In this document: in pieces, positions 1 to 10,866 of the stretch | Layout: every line of letters starts with the position of its first letter | Numbering within the stretch: the first letter of the stretch is position 1 | NCBI RefSeq assembly: GCF_006345805.1 | Contig: NC_043007.1 | Span: forward strand, 54,560,001-54,624,000 | Length of the DNA: 64,000 nt | Source: Octopus sinensis | Taxonomy: Eukaryota | Direction of reading: 5' to 3' | Notes under the pieces: model-generated | What the model was told of the DNA's origin: nothing | Database searches by the model: none | The model's input: the letters and a program-made list of their open reading frames with translations, nothing else | Position numbers and translations under genes: made by a program

Positions 1-1286
1 CAGCAATCTGTTCTCCCTATTCAAGACTGTCAGGTAGCAATTAGGAGATATTTGGCTATTATTCTATCAATTCAGACGACTAAGTAGAAGCTCTTCTGCC
101 GTGATCTCCGATCGACAACTAAGAAAATGTACCGAACACATTAATATATAGATACTATTGTAATATGAGGGCCCAAAAATCAGGAAGCGAGATAATAAAA
201 GATAATTAAAAAAGACTGAAAACAAACGAAATTAGAAAATGGTGCTATTACGTTACATAGTGAATTATTTTTAGAATATATCAACGATGAATTTAATTCA
301 AATGATAAATTTGTTAGTAATACTTAGAACTTCATATACCCGTTAATTGACGTTTCCACCAATATGAAAACACCCGCAAAAAGTGTAAACAATCTTTCAA
401 AATCATGTGTTGTATTCCCGTAACGTTAATTACACAAAAATGATACCCTTTACGCTCAATACATAAAGAGCACTTTCAATTGAATAAATATATATTTCTT
501 CTTATAAATACTTTTCTTGTTAAATCTTTCGACACTTGTGGAACAGAACCCAATATAACAACTACCTAATATTTGTGTATATAGATTTTGGTGAGCAGTA
601 GAAAACCCGAGAGATTTTTCTATACTCATGTAATTCATTTTGAATTCATACCTTGTTGCAATCGACTTTACATTCTAGGGCTGATAAAATAAATACATGC
701 CTAAGTACTAAATTGCATACTAAAGTAAGTACTATATTAACAAAGACGCACTCTACCATTATACTTGGTCTACGTCAATTCAATATTTTACTTCACGCTA
801 AAGCGATCTTACAATTGCATTTAGTTTCACTTTGTTACCCACGTTAGATAATGATCGAAAGACCGCCCCTCTGGTGATACTAATAAAGTCAGTTGCATAA
901 TTTTACATAACCGTCAGCTTCAATTAATGGATAGAGCAGTGATATGTCAATTGGTTTTAGCGACAGAAGTCAAACTAACTGACAAATATAAAAATGGATA
1001 GAACAAAGATATTAAAAGTACTTCAGTACAACGTGGAGGAATTTTAACATAGTTAATTCTACTTTTATACACGCAACTGAAAATGTTCGTTTTTCCATAT
1101 ATAGAGAAGAGGTTTGCGCATAGTTTGTAAGTACCATGCACGGAAGTCTACACACTTGAGTCACTTCGTGACTTTTGATTTAATAAATAAAACGGAGAAC
1201 AAAGAATGCACTGGGTTTGAAATTGTATCTGTAAACAGACACATCGTTATTTTAAAGAAGTAAAAGTATCATTATCAAACACGTAC

Positions 1287-1342
1287 CAGTTATCAACAAA
1301 TTTATCAGACATATAATCATCTTCTTCAGTTTCTGTGGACAT
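1287..1342 (-). CDS. GPATCH11: First coding exon of a G-patch domain protein 11-like gene; the rest of the gene lies left of the window
   Basis: Minus strand ATG TCC ACA GAA ACT GAA GAA GAT GAT TAT ATG TCT GAT AAA TTT GTT GAT AAC TG|gtacgt = MSTETEEDDYMSDKFVDN. This matches the acidic EEDYMSDxF N-terminus recalled for GPATCH11 orthologues. Canonical phase-2 GT donor and AAAA-ATG context. Only 18 codons are visible. Confidence 0.7.
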
Positions 1343-1440
1343 TTTTATATAAAAATACAAATAATTTCAGAAATAAAAATAATGGCGGTGAATGCGGAGT
1401 AAGGGAGATAACTGTATTGCGAACACTGCTGTGTATTTTG
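1343..1440. promoter_or_regulatory. Probable TSS/promoter region of the GPATCH11-like gene
   Basis: Locally CpG-richer stretch (AATGGCGGTGAATGCGGAG, a YY1-like ATGGCG motif; GGGAGATAACT) directly upstream of the ATG. No polypyrimidine acceptor precedes the ATG on the minus strand. Confidence 0.35.
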
Positions 1441-1764
1441 GATGTCTCAGCCCCTCATCTAGTCTTTATTCGCCGACAATCTCAGTTTATATCGTTACCT
1501 AATCTTTATTCACCTACCATCTCAATACATGCCAGTTTTTGTATCTTCTCTGAATGAAAAATCAATAACTTAGCTGTATTTGATAATATCACAATATAAA
1601 ACACTTTAAAACTCAAGAGAATATTGTACGTTTCCAACTCAGGTCTTCAATATGGGTTGATAAAGATATTCGGTTTTATTGAGGAGCCATCTCCATGAAT
1701 TGCTTTTTTTTTTTGTCTAAGATTACATGTGTCTTTAAATCATTGATTACTTTTATTTTCACAG

Positions 1765-2300
1765 AAACATGCATCATGGCTTGCACACCAAACACTGCAG
1801 TCCCCATTCATCCCTACCTCTTTTAAAACATGGGAAATTACTCTACAAATTTGGGCAGTTTGTATATAGGGTTTGTTTTTTCATGCCCTGGAAAAGTATA
1901 GTAAATTGTAAACGCTTTTTACAAGGGATGAACCCACAATCAAGACTGAGATCGAATATCATCAATGCAAGTCAAAGACTGCTCAGCCACCCAACATTAC
2001 CAAACTTTCAACTCACATATGATATAGCCAAAAGGGTTACGTTAAGGTCCAAATTGATAAAATACCCCTAAATGCAGAACAATAAATACTCAATGAGGCA
2101 AAATATGGCACACTTTCAACATTTCATTTATAGCTTTAATCAGGCACACAGGAAACAGTGTATGGTAGTATACATTAACCCCAAAACACTGTATAGTTGT
2201 AAACATAACTTAGTTTACAAAAAGAAAACAAGACCTATATGGTTTCTCTTTACCTTTGTCATGGTATTATGTAGTGTTTCATCAATACTGCTATGGTAGG
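1765..2300 (+). pseudogene. Possible decayed Helitron PIF1-type helicase fragment
   Basis: Stop-ridden frames give QCMVVYINPKTLYSCKHNLV, resembling the Helitron helicase motif PIMLLRNLNPxxLCNGTRL. Similarity was judged by eye. Confidence 0.3.
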
Positions 2301-2390
2301 TGGTTGAGTTAATGAATGAAAATATGTTTCTTGGTTGTGTGAAAAATAACTGAATAACACCAGCAAACGTTTAACTGAAGTATCTATTGT

Positions 2391-2620
2391 ATTATTTATA
2401 TTTGTCCTCATCTTGTTTGTTGTTTCGGCTGATTTACCCTCCAGCCTTCATTAGGTGCCTTGGGGAAATTTCGAACCTGGGTTTTCTTTCCCGAGGTATT
2501 TTCGATGATGATGATGATGAGGATGAGGATGATGATGATGATGATGATGATGTTGTCGTTATTATTATTATTATTATTCAAATGTAAATAATGTACATAA
2601 TTCCTCAACTTTAAATATAG
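2391..2620. mobile_element. Short insertion of the PLE-3 family (HHR-like segment inverted, 3' tail direct), flanked by an 18-bp target duplication
   Basis: 2391-2580 is the reverse complement of the (AAT)n/HHR segment seen at 50361-50520. 2580-2620 is the tail seen at 49528-49570 in sense orientation. Flanks are AACTGAAGTATCTATTGT (2373-2390) and AACTGAAGTATTTATTGT (2621-2638). Confidence 0.7.
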
Positions 2621-2739
2621 AACTGAAGTATTTATTGTTGCACATAAAGACAAATTGCATTGGCCATTTACAATTAACAACAGCAATAATTACAGACTTG
2701 AGGTAGTTGAAACAATTGAACTTAAGATCAATAAGATGG

Positions 2740-3830
2740 TAAGGAAATGGCCTGACCTTTCGAAGTGCCTTTGATCTGTCGCCCTTTATGGCAACCAGAG
2801 TATGCTCCAGTTGCCCCTGACATCACTAGTGGAGGGATACAAGATCTCCAAGGTGCATCTGCAATCGATACTGTCTGAGTCAAGGGACACTAATCCAGGA
2901 CAATCCACCAGATTTGAACACTGGTAGGAAGTGGAAGGTCACTGAGGTAATGCAGCAGCTTGATGAGATGGCTTCTGGGTCATGCAGCACAACAAGCACA
3001 GCAGGGTCAGTGGCTGAATTGGGATGATGTCAAAAAGCTGGAGTTGAAGTAGTCTGATTGGTGGTGGTTGAGTGCAGGGCATTTGAAAGCTCTAATCCAG
3101 ACTGTATATGATGTGCATCTGTCTCCAGGAAATCCAAGAGAGTCTACAGTGCCATTTGTGTGGGAAGTATGGCAGCCTCAAAAAGCACTCCAGACATAAT
3201 TTAGTACTAAACATTGTTGCTTCAGCTGCAGGAGAGGGTCAAGAGCTTGAACTGAGCTTGCGCAAGACAGCATTTGTGAAGCAAAGTGTGATGCTAAAGA
3301 GACAGAAACCTCGGCAGGCCGAAGACAGAAAATGGGAGGTGTTCATGGACAAGCCATTGCCTGAAAACATCGTAGTGTCAGCACTCCAGCCCGACCTGGT
3401 GTTGGTAAATGACAGTCAGAGACATATGGTCCTTGGGGAGCTTACTGTGCCATGGGAGTAGAGCATTGCTGAGGCCCATGAGTGGAAGCTGTTGGGCTAT
3501 GAAGAGCTGGTAGCTGAGATTCAGGAGAAGGGTTACAATTGTGAGCTGCTTGCGTTTCCCAGTAGCTTCTCTCAGAAGGTGTGAGGAAGACAATCAAGGA
3601 ATGTGAGAGGAAAGAAGTTGAGGGTAGTGCTTGGGTTACCAGGAGGTTTGTGAATGTGTATAAGGTTACAGAACTGTCATGAATCCAGTTGCAATGCAAT
3701 ACATCCAGCTGTTGTGGGCCCACCATGTGGAGAGATACTGAGTTTAATGGGCCGAAATCTTGTCGAAGCATGGCACTCAGCTGATGATTGCAGCCGGACA
3801 AGAAATGGCGCACTCAATGTTCTCTTCTAC
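2740..3830 (+). mobile_element. Decayed non-LTR retrotransposon with a restriction-like endonuclease (HERO-like), 3' part
   Basis: ORF 3108-3461 contains the Zn-knuckle remnant CHLCGKYGSLKKH and the PD-(D/E)xK-type motif QPDLVLV...ELTVPWE. The 3' end runs into a (TA)n tract at 3831. Confidence 0.7.
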
Positions 3831-3861
<31 letters not shown>

Positions 3862-4094
3862 GTATATATATATACATATATATATATATATAAATAGATG
3901 AGTGTATTTTTACCTTGTTAACAATTAACACGGAAAAAATAAATAAATAGTTACCAGGGTAGCAAAAATCTCACAAGTAAAGATGCAATTCCTTGTTTAT
4001 AAAGGTAGAAACTTCGTGTTTACGTTGTTTACATATATATATATACATATGTATGTATATATACATATATATATATATATAATATATATATATA

Positions 4095-4158
<64 letters not shown>

Positions 4159-4194
4159 ATATATATATATAATATATATATATATATATAATAC

Positions 4195-4285
<91 letters not shown>

Positions 4286-4318
4286 CACACACATACATAT
4301 ACATATATATATATATAT
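3831..4318. repeat. (AT)n microsatellite tracts flanking PLE-1
   Basis: Near-pure (TA)n at 3831-3891 and 4031-4318. Confidence 0.95.
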
Positions 4319-4403
4319 GTAGGTCCCGGGTTGAGTCGGGGTTAACCACAGTAAATAAGGTACTCAATACATAGCAGAGTAAATTAATTTATTATATAGA
4401 AGG

Positions 4404-4453
4404 AGCTTCTACAGGACTAGAACTGTTTCATTCAAAGAAATCATCAGGAAGCT
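4404..4453 (-). ncRNA. Type I hammerhead ribozyme motif in the inverted pLTR of PLE-1
   Basis: Minus strand AGCUUC-CUGAUGA-U UUC UUU GAA U-GAAA-CAG UUCUAGUC CUG-UA-GAAGCU. Stem I is 6 bp, the core is intact, stem III is ACAG/CUGU and the cleavage triplet is GUA. Stem II closes with a U-U mismatch. Confidence 0.75.
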
Positions 4454-4682
4454 AGTAGACAAGAGTTGTTTTGGCATTTATACATTTAGGCAGGTTTAAA
4501 TGGGTGGTGGTGGGGGACTTTTTGGGGGTAGGCATGGCGCAAAACTGTCATTATTAGGGGAGTGGTCAAAGGAATCGGTGGTAAAGTAGATAAAAGAATA
4601 AATAAAAGAATAAAAGAATAAATAGAAAAATAGAGTTTTAGTTAAGTAAGGAGACTCTCACTTGTACATCTACATATATATA

Positions 4683-4722
<40 letters not shown>

Positions 4723-5121
4723 CCACATATTCACATATATCTATATATGTACATGCATACCCATATATACATACATATATATACACACACATACATATAC
4801 ATATATATATACATATATATACATATATATACACATACCCATGTACATACACACAAATACACATATACATACATATATATACATATATGTATACACACTC
4901 GCACATATATATACATACACACATATATAGACATGCATATACATGCACACACATACACACACATTTTTATTCCCTTATTTTAATTTTATTATTACTTTTG
5001 TTTATATCTTTATTTTTATCTTGATCGCGGTCAGCCGGTCTCAAGGGATGATCTAAAGAATCCGTTTATCTATCTACTCACTGATACGAACGCAAGCACT
5101 CACTCACGCCCACACACTCAC

Positions 5122-6462
5122 ACGAAGTTAATCTTCGCTAGGAAGTCCTCCACCATCACCGAGGCCGAGCAAGATGTGATCCTCCACGCACGTAAGACTT
5201 TTCTTTTCCACGACGGATCCCACTGGATCAATAAAAAATCTGTGACCCCCTTCGACGTCAGCATGGGTGCTAGCGACTCGGCTGAAATAAGTGACCTTGT
5301 GGGCCTTTTCATCCTCCATAGGCTGAAGACCCTATTCACAGGCCTCTCCGGTGGTCTTTACCGCGATGATGGCCTTTTTGCCCTCCGCAAAATAAACCCC
5401 AGGACCACGGATGGGTTCCGGAAAAATCTTTACACTTTTTTTAAAAACTTAGGCCTTAGGATTACCTTAGAATCCAACTTAACCAAAGCTAACTTCCTTG
5501 ACGTTACCCTCGACTTAAAAACCTCACTTTATTACCTGTACCACAAACCAAATGAATCCCTTAGATATATAGACATTAATTCCAACCACCCCAAAAATAT
5601 ATTAGACAACCTAGTAAAAAGTGTCTCAATTAGAATATCTAGCCTGTCCGCTACTGAAGATATCTTTAATGCCGCAGCCCCCTATTACAACGAGGCCCTG
5701 GCCCGCAGTGGCTTTAAAGATAACATCACCTATACTAGTATAGCCCCACGCCAACCCAGGAAAAATAGGCGAAGACACATTAGCTGGTACAACCCCCACT
5801 TCAACCATGAGGTCGCTACACCTGTAGCTAAAATCTTCTTCACTCTCCTACAGAAACACTTCCCCACCCAACATAAGTACTATACTATCCTAAATAAGAA
5901 CACCATTAGACTCTCCTACTCTACCACGCCCAATCTAGCCAGGAACCTAGCCAACAATAACGTGAAAAAACTTAATATGTCTACTTTTTCCGAGGCCCAT
6001 CCAACATCCGATAGCAATTGCAACTGCCCTGATAAAACCACCTGCCCCCTCAACAACAACTGCCTACAGAGGGACCTCGTCTATACATGCGAGGTACGAT
6101 CAGGCCCCGATGATAAAAGAAAATCGTACATCGGAATGACGTCAAACAGCTTTAAGACCCGCTGGTACGCCCACACACACTCGTTCTTGCGACCTGATAA
6201 ATCCAACCAAACTACCCTCGCCGCCCACATCTGGTACCTTAAAAGGAACTCCATCCCCTTCAAGATCAAGTGGAGACTACTACAGAAGGTGCGTTCGTAC
6301 ACAGGAGGCCATACCTGCTGTGACCTTTGCATTTCCGAGAGCCTAGAGATCTTGTTCGCCAAAGGCCATCTCCTCAACAAGATCTCAGAACACTCCCCAA
6401 ATTGCATGCATAAAATTTATGCAAACTACAAGAACTATAGACCCACCCGGCAACCCGATTGA
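5122..6462 (+). CDS. 5'-truncated PLE reverse transcriptase plus GIY-YIG endonuclease ORF
   Basis: RT motifs DVSMGASDSAEISDLVG, GLYRDDGL, FLDVTLDL and SNHP. Cys linker CNCPDKTTCPLNNNC. GIY-YIG-type LVYTC...YIG. C-terminal CDLC...CMH. The frame is open from about 5122, with no native start. Confidence 0.92.
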   Translation, partial: TKLIFARKSSTITEAEQDVILHARKTFLFHDGSHWINKKSVTPFDVSMGASDSAEISDLVGLFILHRLKTLFTGLSGGLYRDDGLFALRKINPRTTDGFRKNLYTFFKNLGLRITLESNLTKANFLDVTLDLKTSLYYLYHKPNESLRYIDINSNHPKNILDNLVKSVSIRISSLSATEDIFNAAAPYYNEALARSGFKDNITYTSIAPRQPRKNRRRHISWYNPHFNHEVATPVAKIFFTLLQKHFPTQHKYYTILNKNTIRLSYSTTPNLARNLANNNVKKLNMSTFSEAHPTSDSNCNCPDKTTCPLNNNCLQRDLVYTCEVRSGPDDKRKSYIGMTSNSFKTRWYAHTHSFLRPDKSNQTTLAAHIWYLKRNSIPFKIKWRLLQKVRSYTGGHTCCDLCISESLEILFAKGHLLNKISEHSPNCMHKIYANYKNYRPTRQPD

Positions 6463-6544
6463 CGACACCCCACCCACAAAAACCCCCCAACCCCACCGTT
6501 CCCCTAGCACCCCCGATTAACTTTCCTCCTAAGACTATTCACAT

Positions 6545-6693
6545 ATTGTATATGTACACTTGTATATATGTACTGTATATATATGTATAGAAATGAATGG
6601 GTGTTAGTAGGAATATACGCATGTATGTGAGTGCGTGTATATGTATGTGTATGTGTATGTACATGTGTATGTGTATGAGTGTGGTTTTTTATA

Positions 6694-6734
<41 letters not shown>

Positions 6735-7156
6735 GTATGTGTATGTGTGTGTATGTGTATGTATGTATATGTATGTATATATATGTATGTATATGTGTGT
6801 GTATGTATGTGTATGTATGTATATATATGTGTATATATATATATATATATATGTGTGTACGCTCGTGTGTTTATGTATATGTAAGTATGTAGAGTTATGT
6901 GTATGTGCATGTATGTATGTATATATACATATGTGTAGATAGGTATATACGTGTATGTTTATATGTATGTTTCCGTCTGTATAAAGGGTAACTGCATGTG
7001 TATATATATCTATTATTTATTATTCATTATTTATTACATGAGTATGCGTTTGTATGTATGTATGTATTTATGTATATAAGGAAGCGCGTGAGTGTGTGTA
7101 TGTGCATGCATTTGTATAAACATATGTATACATTTATGCATGTATGTGCTTGTGTG

Positions 7157-7202
<46 letters not shown>

Positions 7203-7302
7203 GTATGTGTATATGTATGTGTATATATATGTGTAAATGTGTGTGTAAATGTATATATATGTGTGTGTATGTGTGTGTATGTATATGTGTATATGTATAT
7301 AG

Positions 7303-7340
<38 letters not shown>

Positions 7341-8346
7341 GTGTACGCTTGTGTGTTTACGTATATGTAGGTATGTAGAGTTATGTGTGTATGTATGTAT
7401 GTATATATACATATGTGTAAATAAGTATATATGGGGATGTTTATATGTATGTATCCGTCTGTATAATGGGTAACTGCACGTATATATATTTATTATTATT
7501 ATTTGAGTATGCATGTATGTATATATGTATATGCCTGTATGCATGTATGTATTTATGAACATAAGGAGGCGCGTGTGTGTGTGGATGTGTATGCATATGT
7601 ATAGACATATGTATACATTTATGCATGTATGTACTTATGTGTATATATAGATGCGCATGTGTGTGTGTGTATGTGTACGCATATATATATATATATATAT
7701 GTGTGTGTATGTGTATATATGTATGAATGTATATGTGTATGTATATGTATACGTATATATATGTATATATATATGTATATGTGTATGTATATGTATGTAT
7801 GTGTATGTATGTGTATGTGTATATATATTTATTAGTGTATATGTATGGACTAGTCTTCTGTGGGTGTATTGAGGTATGTATGTGTATGCGTGTAGATATG
7901 AATCAGTAGGTACGTGTACGTATGTGAATATACGTGAATGTATGTAGATGTATGTGTGTATGAATATAACACGTGAGTGTGTGTATGAGTACGAGTGTAC
8001 GTGTGAGCGTGTGGGCGTGAGTGAGTGCTTGCGTTCGTATCAGTGAGTAGATAGATAAACGGATTCTTTAGATCATCCCTTGAGACCGGCTGACCGCGGT
8101 CAAGATATAAATAAAGATATAAACAAAAGTAATAATAAAATTAAAATAAGGGAATAAAAATGTGTGTGTATGTGTGTGCATGTATATGCATGTGTATATA
8201 TGTGTGTATGTATATATATGTGCGAGTGTGTATACATATATGTATATATATGTATGTATATGTGTATTTGTGTGTATGTACATGGGTATGTGTATATATA
8301 TGTATATATATATGTATATGTATGTGTGTGTATATGTATGTATGTA
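6545..8346. repeat. Compound (TA)/(TG)/(TATG) microsatellite-like 3' region of PLE-1 with an internal ~486-bp tandem duplication
   Basis: GTACGC...GGGTAACTGCA...GCGCGTG block occurs at 6857 and again at 7343. Confidence 0.85.
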
Positions 8347-10477
8347 GTCAAATAACTACAGAGGTATCAAGCTGTTGGATCAGGTGATGAAGGTTACGGA
8401 GAGGGTCATAGCCCAACTAATTAGAGAGAGAGTTAGTTTAGATGAGATGCAGTTTGGGTTTGTGCCAGGGAAAAGTACTACTGATGCTATATTCCTGGTA
8501 AGGCAGCTGCAGGAGAAATACCTAGCCAAAGATAAGCCCCTGTACCTGGCTTTTGTTGACATGGAGAAAGCCTTCGACAGGTCCCCCGATCCCTTATCTG
8601 GTGGGCAATGAGGAAACTAGGGATAGATGAATGGTTAGTGAGAGCTGTGCGGGCCATGTATAGGGACGCTGCTAGTAGGGTGAGGTTTGGAAACGAGTAC
8701 AGTGAAGAATTCCGGGTAGAGGTAGGGGTCCACCAAGGCTCAGTACTCAGCCCCCTCCTATTTATCATAGTCCTCCAGGCAATAACGGAGGAATTCAAGA
8801 CAGGATGCCCTTGGGAGCTCCTCTATGGTGATGACCTTGCTCTAATTGCTGAGTCGCTATCAGAACTGGAGGAGAAGTTTCAGGTGTGGAAACAAGGATT
8901 AGAATCGAAGGGCCTCAGAGTCAATCTAGCTAAAACCAAAGTCGTAATCAGTAGGAAGGTAGACAAATCACAAACGCCTTCAGGTAGATGGCCCTGCTCG
9001 ATCTGTAGAAAAGGTGTAGGTAGAAACTCTATAAGATGCACCAAGTGTAAGCTATGGACACATAAGAGGTGCAGCAATGTCAAAGGAAGGCTAACTAGGA
9101 AGATGGTTTTTGTATGTGGCAGATGCTCAGGAACAATAAACACTGAAAATGCTCTGAGACCAACTTCCGTCACTTCCAGGGAGAAAAACTAGAAATAGTT
9201 GATAGTTTCCGTTACCTAGGTGACCAAGTCAGCAGCGGGGGCGGGTGTGCTGAAAGTGTAACTGCTAGAGTAAGAATAGCTTGGGCAAAGTTCAGAGAGC
9301 TCTTACCTCTGCTGGTGACAAAAGGCCTCTCGCACAGAGTGAAAGGCAGACTGTATGATGCGTGTGTACGAACAGCCATGCTATATGGCAGTGAAACATG
9401 GGCCGTGACTGCTGAGGATATGCGTAAGCTCGCAAGAAATGAAGCCAGTATGCTCCGATGGATGTGTAATGTCAGTGTTCATAATCAACAGAGTGTAAGT
9501 ACCTTGAGAGAAAAGCTGGACCTAAGAAGCATCAGTTGTGGTGTGCAAGAGAGACGATTGCGCTGGTATGGTCATGTGGCGAGAATGGATGAAGATAGTT
9601 GTGTGAAAAAGTGCCACACCCTAGCGGTTGAGGGAACCTGTGGAAGAGGCAGACCCAAGAAAACCTGGGACGAGGTGGTGAAGCACGACCTTCAAACTTT
9701 AGGTCTCACTGAGGAAATGACTAGAGACCGAGTCCTCTGGAAGTGTGCTGTGCGCGAGAATACTCGGCAGGACAAGTGAGTCCATAACCCGTGGCCTTCT
9801 ACTTGGGATGGAGCCAGCCTACGTATGCATACCTTCCCTTCTTGGGACACAAAACTCTACTTGTGAAGACCTGTTGAGGCAAGTGAGGATCAGAATCGAA
9901 ATCGATCAATGGAAATTGCAGATGTGTTACCAGTGCCGGTGGCATGTCGATACTCTACTTGTGAAGACCCGTTGAGGCAAGTGAGGATCAGAAATGGAAA
10001 TCGATCAATGGAAATTGCAGATGTGTTACCAGTGCCGGTGGCATGTCGAAACTCTACTTGTGAAGACCTGTTGAGGCAAGTGAGGATCAGAATGGAAATC
10101 GATCAATGGAAGTTGCAGATGTGTTACCAGTGCCGGTGGCATGTAAGAGAACCTTCCGTTTCGCGACCGTTGCCAGCACCGCCCCGTTTCGTGTCCATTG
10201 CCAGCCTCGCCTGGCCCTTGTGCCGGTGGCACATAAAAAGCACCATCCGTTCGTGGCCGTTTGCCAGCTCTGTCTGGCACCTGTGCGGGTGGCACGTAAA
10301 AAGCACCCACTACACTCACGGAGTGGTTGGTGTTAGGAAGGGCATCCAGCCGTAGAAACACTGCCAGATTTGACTGGGCCTGATGAAGCCTTCTGGCTTC
10401 ACAGACCCCAGTAGAACCGTCCAACCCATGCTAGCAGGGAAAACGGACGCTAAACGATGATGATGATGATGATGATG
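8347..10477 (+). mobile_element. 5'-truncated RTE-clade LINE with 3' UTR and (GAT)n tail, nested in PLE-1
   Basis: Frames 8375-8611, 8608-9192 and 9315-9779 join through two 1-nt deletions (about 8583 and 9175) into an RT: QFGF.PGKSTTDAIF, FVDMEKAFDR, GVHQGSVLSPLLF, LYGDDL, FRYLGD, GRGRPKKTW. Ends in TAAACGATGATGATG. Confidence 0.92.
9854..10144 (+). repeat. Three tandem ~98-bp units in the RTE 3' UTR
   Basis: ACTCTACTTGTGAAGAC...GTGCCGGTGGCATGT starts at 9854, 9952 and 10051. Confidence 0.9.
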
Positions 10478-10533
10478 TATATATGGGTATGCATGTACAT
10501 ATATAGATATATGTGAATATGTGGGTATATATA

Positions 10534-10565
<32 letters not shown>

Positions 10566-10766
10566 GTAGATGTACAAGTGAGAGTCTCCTTACTTAACTA
10601 AAACTCTATTTTTCTATTTATTCTTTTATCTACTTTACCACCGATTCCTTTGACCACTCCCCTAATAATGACAGTTTTGCGCCATGCCTACCCCCAAAAA
10701 AGTCCCCCACCACCACCCATTTAAACCTGCCTAAATGTATAAATGCCAAAACAACTCTTGTCTACT

Positions 10767-10817
10767 AGCTTCCTGATGATTTCTTTTGAATGAAACAGTT
10801 CTAGTCCTGTAGAAGCT
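10767..10817 (+). ncRNA. Type I hammerhead ribozyme motif in the 3' pLTR of PLE-1
   Basis: AGCTTC(10767-72) CTGATGA(10773-79) T TTC TTTT GAA T GAAA(10792-95) CAG TTCTAGTC CTG TA GAAGCT(10812-17). Predicted cleavage after 10811. Confidence 0.75.
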
Positions 10818-10829
10818 CCTTCTATATAA

Positions 10830-10866
<37 letters not shown>

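Larger units (their letters stand above)
4319..10834 (+). mobile_element. Penelope-like element PLE-1: 5'-truncated copy with an inverted terminal segment, interrupted by an RTE LINE
   Basis: 4387-5124 is the reverse complement of 8000-8346 joined to 10477-10834. The RT/GIY-YIG ORF lies between. Both ends abut (AT)n. Confidence 0.9.

Noticed and set aside
1765-2071. Strong acceptor at 1764 and a 100-aa ORF, considered as a HEATR5 5' exon
   Set aside because: No HEATR5 similarity in any frame. The neighbouring frames look like decayed Helitron helicase.
3971-5024. Many overlapping ORFs rich in Y/I/H/T/C/V/M
   Set aside because: They are translations of (AT)n, (AC)n and (TATG)n microsatellites, which lack stop codons by composition.
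6597-8387. Stack of ORFs on both strands
   Set aside because: Microsatellite translations in the PLE-1 3' region, with no protein signal.
10380-10400. CTGATGA in the RTE tail
   Set aside because: No GAAA or supporting helices, and other copies of the tail read CCTGGTGCAGCC or similar, so it is a chance variant.
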